A stretch of 27,034 nucleotides of DNA, the filler included, from Perkinsus chesapeaki ATCC PRA-425 (Eukaryota > Protista > Perkinsozoa): assembly GCA_013115145.1 (NCBI GenBank). It is 3 parts of 3 records of this genome, joined end to end, with 100 filler letters (N's around TTAATTAATTAA, not from the genome) between each part and the next. Parts side by side here need not be neighbours in the genome. Positions count along the whole stretch, not along the records: positions 9,095 to 22,764 come from JAAPAO010000777.1; positions 22,865 to 27,034 come from JAAPAO010001306.1; 1 more part is not named here. One strand, written 5' to 3'. Below are positions 18,944 through 27,034 of this stretch, in pieces. Position numbers and translations under genes: made by a program. Position 1 is the first letter of the stretch, and every line of letters starts with the position of its first letter. Under the pieces are notes generated by a model. That model searched no databases. It saw nothing but the letters and a program-made list of their open reading frames with translations, and was not told the origin of the DNA.

Positions 18944-21900
18944 ATTCAGCTCTCTGCAGCCTAATTCTCTCCGCTGCTGTCCGAGCCGGGCACCATGACC
19001 TCGCTAACGCTCTGTATAAGGTGGGGCATCAACGTATAGCGTTGCGGAACTTCCGGGTCACAGATGTACCCCAGTGATGACGGAGATGTAGGGAAGCAAA
19101 TGGCAATGATACGAAGCTACGGTTTGCAGGTGGGGCGTTTATTGTTTATGTCGGGTTGAGAATCCTACTCTTGCTCTGGGCGATGGGCTACTCAGATCCA
19201 CGTGTATCGTCGATCTGAGCAGTAGTTCGACTGATCAGACTGATAAATAGTAAATTAGTAAATTTGAACGTCTTTGAACGATAATTTTAATAAATTCTGC
19301 GCAGTCGGCTTCTGTTGAAATATTTGTTGGTTCCTGATGAAATTCTTGTCATCACAGAAAGTGATACCTCAATGCCCTGGGATGTAAAGCTAACTCAATT
19401 TTCTCCTTATCTCCAACATGTGTAGTTGAGTCGACTAAGTCGACAAAGTGCACTGATACACCTACTCCAACATTGCCCAATTCTACTTGGTGAAGTTATC
19501 GCTGTAGTCCGGAGCACAGATAGCGGCTCTTCTGGAAGGTTTATCTCTTCTGGCTTGTTTTCAGGGTGATCTAGCATCAGCTGTGAATCTGTTCCATTCA
19601 CTGAAGGCTGATGCCGGGAGTCAGCAGGTTCCCAGCTCGCTAGTGTAAGCTCCTGTTCCCTTCAACCCACTCAGCGAACCCTTCAGATACAATTGTCTGC
19701 TGGACGCGGCGGTGCTATGTGGAGATATGAATGTCGTTCGAGAGGTTTTCGATGAGATGCGCGGCGCTGGGAAACTGGACGTAAGATTTCGTCTTCGTGG
19801 TTCCTAGTCAGTAGATTGCGGTTATTCTTCGATGAGCTCCACGGTAGCATTCCGGTCTTAAATGCAGTCAGGTGTGAATACATATTTCGGGAAAAGTTGG
19901 CTTTTTCTCCACATGTACTAGTAAACATCCATCAGTTACCACTCTTCTCGGGGCTTGTGTTCGCTTCTCAAATTGCTACTGATGACTTTGAGTGTGAATT
20001 GCGAGCAGTAAAAATGGTAAAGATACTGGTGTACTGGTATCCTTACTATTTTTGCAGCTCCGTGCTCATCAGAAGGAAGCTCATGAAGCTGCTAGTTCAG
20101 CTCCGATCCGCGGGGTTGATCGTCTTCGCAACATTTTAGCGAAAATGAAAGGGCTGGCTCTTCTCAGGTTGTGTCGTTTAATACTGTGATGAAGGGGTAT
20201 CTGAAGCAGGGGAATATGAAGCAAGCTAGAAGTGATAGATGAGGGCACAACGCTTGGTGAAGGATGGGCAGCTTGCAGGAATAATGAGAGATATGCACAA
20301 GGCGGGATTGGCACCGAATCTTATTACTTACAACGAGCTTCTCCACACATTAGTTCAGAACAAGGACCGGAAGGGGATCTGGGAGGTCGGTGAGTGGGGG
20401 TCATGTGGTGGTAGAAAGATGCTGTCAGGTTGTTGACGAAATGAAGCGTAATCGACTACCACCTAATAACGTAACATGTTCAATTCTGTTGAAGGCCTTG
20501 ACCAGCCACTCCCACTCCTCGGATGTGGTAAGCCATGTATTTGTATCGAATACCTAGGCCAATATAAAATCTTATGGTCGCTGATTGGTTGGGGTAAGGA
20601 CTGACGCCTCATTGGGAATTTTTGATAGAAGCGGAATGAGTGAAATAAATTTACCCCAGCAGACTTCCAGACCAGTGGATTGATCGTATACTTCATTGTC
20701 CCATCCGGAGTCCATCATATGACCGGTATGCGCGGTTGGCAGCTTCAGGAGATGCGGCGTGTGATTCTGGCTGTGAAACTGTCAGCTTCAGAAGAGAAGT
20801 ATGCTGGCTACCAGGGAACTCGAATTTTGTTGCGCCTTCTTCGAATTGGCATCTACTCTACATGTGGTTGGTACGTGTGTGGTGGTCAGAGCGTACCAGG
20901 TGCGTACGATGGAGCTGGTGGAGAGGATGCGGGGAGATATGGACGAGGTGTTGTTCTCATCGGTGATAGAAGCCTGCATAAGGATAGGCAAGCTCGACAT
21001 TCTTTCACACAAGCTCCAACAGTAGTACTACTACCGCCGCCACTGTTGGGGAGGTCAACGGTGGATCAGATACACTATGGAAGGAGGTTTGAAGGGGCTA
21101 ACTGCGCCTACTTATGGAAGCATGATAAAAGCGTACGGCCATGCTAAGGACTTGAGAAAGGTATGGTCGCTGTGGACGGAGATGCGCCAGCGATCTGTCA
21201 AGCCAACAGCGATTACGCTTGGATGTGAGGGCGAAGGTTCGATCCTCGGCAGAGGCATTTTTGTTTTCAGGTATGGTGGACGCTCTGGTCACTAATCGTT
21301 ACCCAGAGGACGCTCTGGCCTTGATTCACGATATGATCAACACCCCAGACTGCGCCGACTGTGTTAATACTATTGTGTGAGAATTCGGCCATTTTTCGGA
21401 ACGATGAATAGCTTTCGACGAATAGCGCCGTTGGGGACGGTCCGAAGCTGGTCTTGAAACTCTTGGTAAATTATACTACAGGAGATCGCGTTCGCCACGA
21501 AACTCATGGACTCAGTAGTGGAGAACTTAAAGCTGTCTTTCATCTTCTATGAAGATGTTGTTCTTCACCGAGATGACGAAGGCAATTGACGTTCCCTACA
21601 GAAAATATATTCTTTCTCTATTGCACGATGTCCACACAGGTACTCCACAGTCATCAAGGGCTTTGCCATGTCCAAGCAAGTCGACAGAGTCTTTGATGTG
21701 TAGATTGAACGTTTACCGTTGTGTGTTTACCAGATTGTCCTGTTTAGGTATCAGGAGATGATAGGCAATAACATCGCTCTTAACACTGTGTCATTCAACA
21801 CTATTATGGATGCATGTGCTAGGGGAGGGATGATGCATCGAGTGAGCTGCAGCATCAAAATGTAGAGAACACTCCTTTGAAGGTTACGGAGATTTTCCGA

Positions 21901-22407
21901 GATATGGAGGCACAGGGAGTTGAACCGGATATCATCACTTATAGCACTATAGTGAAGGGGTATATGAGCCCTGGTTTCATGGGTATCTTATGGCCCTTGG
22001 CAGTTACTGTCTGGCCGGCGATGTGGATACTGCATTCGCGGTTTTGAGGGACATGACAAATGATGGCGAAAATAGTGGGAAAAAGAAATTCGTAAAAGTG
22101 AAGGTTAAGTTGGGGAAATTCAGTGGCATGTAGGCGCCGGATGAAATAATGTACAATTCCTTGCTGGATGGCTGCGCGAAGCAGCACCGCGTGGAGCAGG
22201 CTTTGGATCTGCTGGAGGAGATGCGATCGCATAATGTGGCCCCTAGTGAGATGGCACACTGGAAAGTTGACTAACGTTACGAATGACAGGCAATTACACT
22301 CTGTCGATTCTGGTGAAGTTACTTGGCAGAGCAAGAAGGCTGATGGAGGCTTTTAACATGGTTGAAGACCTGTGTAAAGCCTATGACTTCCGGGCTAATG
22401 TCCACGT
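18944..22407 (+). CDS. Multi-exon pentatricopeptide repeat (PPR) protein; start unresolved, 3' end probably lost in the gap
   Basis: Spliced exons give serial PPR motifs: VYNCLLDAA, VVSFNTVMKGY, PNLITYNELL, PNNVTCSILLK, DEVLFSSVIEAC, APTYGSMIKAYG, VYSTVIKGF, NTVSFNTIMDAC, PDIITYSTIVKGYC, PDEIMYNSLLDGC, PSNYTLSILVK. Phases are consistent, e.g. introns 19021-19063, 19645-19686, 20232-20278, 20386-20428, 21022-21069. Confidence 0.92.
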
Positions 22408-22694
22408 GTAGGATAGCTGCATCGACCGGCTGGGCAGGAGATTCTGGAATTCTATCTTTCACGTATAGCTTCTGCGGTGAAGCGCAGTTGCAATTTTGTA
22501 GATCTGTGTGAACTAGCCGATGCTGCGTGTTGCTTAAAGGGTAGAACCTGTCGAGTCGTATCTGGCTAGTTCCGGTATACGTCACTGTACGGGGTGGCCT
22601 ACCCTATCGTTTGTAGTGATACGCGTATATTGACCCAATACTGTTGGTCAGACAGTGGGAGCTCATCAAACTAAGTCTCAGTATAAGTATAGGG

Positions 22695-22764
<70 letters not shown>

Positions 22765-22864
22765 NNNNNNNNNNNNNNNNNNNNNNNNNNNNNNNNNNNN
22801 NNNNNNNNTTAATTAATTAANNNNNNNNNNNNNNNNNNNNNNNNNNNNNNNNNNNNNNNNNNNN
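22765..22864. other. Assembly gap with linker, preceded by a 69-nt poly-G run (22696-22764)
   Basis: N run + TTAATTAATTAA (22809-22820) + N run. Confidence 0.98.
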
Positions 22865-23770
22865 GTTGATGGAGGAGATGACTGTGTGGACGGCAGAGAA
22901 GGCGACGATGCTGCGAATGCTAAGCATTTAGACTTGACGCTGGCAAAGCTAATAAACATTAAATTAACGTGCTGATTATTGAAGAACTAAGTCCTACAAT
23001 GTGGAATGTATCACCAGATTTATTTCCCAACTGAAACGGCTTTCCGTTTCTTCCGAGAGTATCTTAACTCACGCGTGCTCGCCATGTAGTAATTGTCGGC
23101 AGTCCGTTAGGGTGTTAGTTGATAACTCAGATCAGAGCAGTTGGAAATGAGCGTAAGTGATGGATTATATGGATATGTGATGGCAGTATTAGAGATTGCG
23201 CTCCTCTTCACAAGTAGAGTGTTTTGCCATTTGCTGTGACCGGATTTCTCAAGGACACTATCCACATAACGTTTAGTGTAACCGAGGATCGGAAAGACAT
23301 TCAGTTTTTACCGTTCGATAATAAGGAAGCCACCATGCCTGTTGGTCTAGATGCGCACTTAACGAGAATCACCGGTGGTTCAGTGACGCTGGATGCTGTC
23401 TAATCTTGTGACGAGGGAACTTATCGATCTTCTAACAGGAAGAAGTGGTTCATTTCGTACCATGTAACGGTCGTCCCAGGAAAAGAGTTCCACTCGCAGG
23501 AAATCTTCTACTCTTCATAACCGCGTGTTGTAGTTTGTCAGATTTACGCTATTGAGTTTCGGGTGATTTACTGAATAAAACGATTGCTAGCAGCCGAGAC
23601 TTAGCCAAGTCTTTGCGTAACATGTGGCGCCGCATGGAAGAGGTGCTCAGATCTTTCTATTGCTCCAAGCTCCGCGGTAAGACCTATTCATATTATATGC
23701 GCCAACTCAATAACAAAACTCGGAAAAGGTATGAGCTGAGAGGTAACAGTTGACGGTGGCGTTGCGGTTA

Positions 23771-24441
23771 TCAGTTTTTGTGGCGTTGCTCGGTGACTTC
23801 ATCTGATGTCTTGCAGCTCATACTTAACGCGTGGATAGTCCCACCAGGATTGGAGTCCATCTCATTTGATAGAATCGAATACATTAATCTGAGGCACACC
23901 AATAAGAGGAGCATCGGCCTGTGTATTACTTTTGTCGCTGTACTCGGTTGAGCCCCTTGAACTCGTCAGACACAACCTCAACACGGAAGTGCGTCTCCGC
24001 CCTACCTGTGCCCTAAAAAGATTAAAAGTCGATCCTTCTCGAGGTAACGGATTGAATTTCACCGGAAACGCGACTTTTGCATACGAATCAGCTGAGACAG
24101 ACTTCTGCCCAAGAGTTAAGTACACAACACACGGTAGCCTGGAACACATGCAGTTGGAGAACTATTGAAAGACCAATGGCCACCGGTTTCAGTGAGCCGG
24201 TGACGGCATTGCTCACGTGCAATTTAATGAACATAAAGCGATGAGCTCCGCAATACTGCCTTACCTTCATTGGGGCGTGTGATGCATGTTTGGCAGAATC
24301 ATCTATTACATTAATGAATGTTGGCTTCAATCTATCAGTTACTTTACGTAGTATTGCCGTATAGGTAGGTCGAGACATTGTTGATAAAGGGGGACACTGA
24401 GACAGTAACTTTTGAAGCACTACCAAGAGGGGCCTGCGCAT
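23771..24441 (-). CDS. bolA: BolA-family protein, 3 exons, 125 aa (104 aa from the second ATG at 24378)
   Basis: Exons 24441-24265, 24012-23930 and 23888-23771; GT-AG introns of 252 and 41 nt. Motifs: INVIDDSAKHASH, ETHFRVEVVSDEFKGLNRVQRQKLMYSIL, IHALSM. Confidence 0.92.
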
Positions 24442-24964
24442 GCGTGCTTATCTATTCCTCTTACTTGTTCACATTCACTGCTGCTCGAATTATTTTCCTC
24501 TTTTTTACTAGTCCAGTGCCAAATAACCGATGCAACGGCCACGGTAAAAAGCACGATGGAAGCACCAAAAGTCTGGGTGTTGCTGCCCATCGATAAGGGT
24601 ATTCAACTTCACCATCGAGGCTAGTATAATGACACAATGACCGACTGAATCAATGCCAGAAAGCTCAAATGGAGTTACCGTTGGTGGACTATATAATTAC
24701 AAAGCTCCAAGAGACTATGTCGATGTCACTATGCTAGACGACAGCGAAGGGCGCTCCCCTCATATAAGAGCTTCACAACGTAACAAATAGAATATTATGA
24801 TTATACAGACGTGAATATAAACATGGTACGATAGGGATCAGCCCCATCTACTTACGTATATCTGATCCGATCAGATATATATAAGTACTCGGCTTATAAG
24901 CAGATTGACTTCACTGCAATACAAGAGACAACGGTGTCACTAACGAGAGACTTCTTATCATGTT

Positions 24965-26289
24965 TTATTCATCCCCAACCATTAATTCGGCCAAGTGCTT
25001 GAATGGCCCCTCGACTGACGCACCGATGACCTGTTGTCGAGAAAAATGAAAGACCAGGACAGAAACTTCCAGTTACTGCGCTTGTCTGGTGATAATCCAT
25101 ACCAACTTTCCGAGCAAACTCTTTAGCGATTCGTTCAGCCTCGCGCCGACCTTTGTATTCCGGTAAATCGCATTTGGCGCCGATGACGACGCCTCGAATG
25201 AATCTGCCGATGAAGCCATTCAACTGTCGAAATAAACGAAGCCGGATTTCTGGCTCCAAATAAGCCCTCATGGCAAATTGACGGCCCAAGCTTCAGTAAA
25301 ACAGGACGCTCAATTCACATAGCGTTGTACCGAAGCGTCGTTCTCGCCCTCCGAGGTATACCGCCCGACTTGATCTACACAAGCAGGGGTGTCACAGTGT
25401 CAAAGTTCCTTTTTTCGGCTCTGGCGACACTGTCCGCCCATTATCGGCGTTACCCTTTTCTGTCGCCTGTTTTCGCTTTTTCAATCAGTTTCCACCACTT
25501 CTCTAAGCCACCGGCGCTAGATGGCGAGTTTACATCAAACACGAAAGCAAAGAGCATCTCAGGATCGTTCACCTGAATTCACCATCATTCACCTTATGTT
25601 TCTTCAAAATATTAAAACGTTCCGAGTTATCATTATTCCCAATGAATATCAAACGTGCTACATTGCACCACAATCCTGCAGGTGCGCTCTAGAACACGCA
25701 TGTGGCCCCGCAAGCGTATTTACAAGGAGTCTATTGAGTATCGCAGTACGGTCCAATGGTGAGGGGGTGTATTGGTGAGAAAGGGGGATTTGAAGAGGAT
25801 TCAGGAAGACTTAGTTCGTAACCTACTTACAAAGTGTCGTATGAGTATATCATCTTCAAGCGTGTTGGTCAAACCAGCAGCATCGATAATGTTGAATTCT
25901 ACACAGCCGGCAGGTATAGTCACCGATTGGACAGATACTTCAGGATTGATGGTCTGATGAAATGGTATGGCCGGAATCTTCTTTGCATGACCTCGAGGTT
26001 TTTGACGCTCCCAGGTTGCGACTCACCATGTGATACGACTTTGACAGAGTCCTCGGGAGCTCATCGCCTCGCTCACATGCTAGAAGAGCCCTAATGAGCG
26101 AAGTCTTCCCTGAAGCTTGGTCACCAACCTAATGATCGCATCGAGAAACGCGCGCCCAACTGACCTATTGTGTATCTTGCACGCTTAACCCCGAGATACC
26201 AGTATCAGTTTGAGTCTCTGTAGTATCAGCGCGTCTGGTCCTGCCAAGGATTCGATTCCTGGTTCCATATACCCTTCCATTTCATCCAT
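24965..26289 (-). CDS. IFT27: Rab-like small GTPase, IFT27/RABL4-like, 6 exons, 208 aa
   Basis: Exons 26289-26200, 26128-26027, 25953-25831, 25572-25454, 25203-25077 and 25030-24965, all GT-AG and in phase. RLKLILVGDQASGKT, KSYHMT, VEFNIIDAAG, GVVIGAKCDL and VEGPFKHLAELM match the IFT27 pattern; there is no C-terminal prenylation Cys. Start could be 26289, 26280 or 26268. Confidence 0.8.
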
Positions 26290-26478
26290 TTCCGCTGTAA
26301 ATATGGAAACTCGTGGGATCGGGATAAATAGAATAAAACGCCCCAGGCAGTATTCGAACCAGAGACCTTCCGATACTAACCACAGTCACGCGCCACGTAA
26401 TCGTTTGCGTTTTTTCGCATTTGCTGCGCATAACTTGCACGCTTCAACCTCTGATACTTTAGCGTTGGGTTTAGTTAG

Positions 26479-26897
26479 GAGGTGTTTACCTACTCTGAGG
26501 CGGCTCATCGCAAGATACCTCCAGGTGTAATAACCTTTCTGAACGTACTCGATTTCGCTGACCGAGTCGGGGAACCGGGTTCTTAGCTGGTTGCCCCCGG
26601 GACGCGTAAACCGAAACGAAATGAGGGTAGCAACAAGCAAGGTAAGCACTGGCAAGCACTCTTTGAAGCAACGAACTCCTTCACGATTGCTTATAACACA
26701 GCTTTAGGATGGGAATCAAGTACCATCATCACCTTCACAGATCCAAAGCACCAACGATCAAATATGTTTTGGTGAGAGTGAAACGGGAGCTCTGGGGAAC
26801 AATGGATTGGGCTCATACCATATTGGACGGCAGTGTTCCAGAAGCATTCATTTGCAGGACAACTGCAGCAATCGAGCAGCAGCAGCTCGATCGATAG
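26479..26897 (+). CDS. Hypothetical small multi-exon protein, divergent from IFT27; start exon unresolved
   Basis: Phase-consistent GT-AG introns 26545-26586, 26642-26707 and 26772-26833 give EVFTYSEAAHRKIPPGVITFLN/LVAPGTRKPKRNEGSNKQ/GWESSTIITFTDPKHQRSNMF... There is a faint resemblance to Dabb (stress-responsive A/B barrel) proteins, unverified. Confidence 0.35.
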
Positions 26898-27034
26898 GCT
26901 GTCCCACTTATTGTGTCGTCCGCAGTGTTATCTAAGCCAGCATTTGAGCTATGGGAATTGGGGTAGTGGTTTGTAGAGCTTATAGAACAACATTGATAAT
27001 AATTATTTATTGTAGTTTTACTTGATATTCTTGT

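Noticed and set aside
21022-21069. TAG at 21023-21025 within the PPR frame as stop-codon readthrough
   Set aside because: It lies in a 48-nt GT-AG intron that restores the frame (LQQ/YTMEGG).
22696-22764. 69-nt poly-G as a G-quadruplex or telomere-like element
   Set aside because: It abuts the assembly gap and is typical of a low-quality read end; it cannot be trusted without reads.
22865-23770. Continuation of the PPR gene or a separate gene after the gap
   Set aside because: The expected next PPR motif is not found. Short coding-like pieces occur on both strands (e.g. MWRRMEEVLRSFYCSKLR) but give no defensible model.
1-27034. Perkinsid/dinoflagellate spliced-leader sequence, CRISPR arrays, rRNA or intact tRNA genes
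   Set aside because: No match to the SL core (GTAGCCAT...GGCTCAAG) seen on either strand by eye; no repeat-spacer array or complete cloverleaf found.

Overview
Eukaryotic scaffold from an alveolate, probably Perkinsus-like. This is inferred from 41-48 nt GT-AG introns, a dinoflagellate/perkinsid-style PPR gene and the retroelement style; it was not checked against a database. Two assembly gaps carry the artificial TTAATTAATTAA linker. The left 11 kb is a retroelement cluster. Element 1 is a near-complete minus-strand Ty3/gypsy-like LTR retrotransposon (gag, RRM-like ORF, -1 frameshift signal, protease, RT, RNase H, integrase). Element 2 is a divergently oriented, decayed plus-strand element with a CCCH zinc finger before its protease. 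A possible third remnant follows the first gap. The right 16 kb holds host genes that I reconstructed by hand across introns: a Sec39/NBAS-like gene, a multi-exon PPR gene cut by the second gap, BolA, IFT27/RABL4 and several weakly supported hypothetical genes. The most interesting signals are the non-canonical nucleocapsid modules of the two retroelements (RRM-like and CCCH instead of a CCHC knuckle), a G_GGA_AAC slippery site with hairpin in element 1, and its WVDD RT active site.
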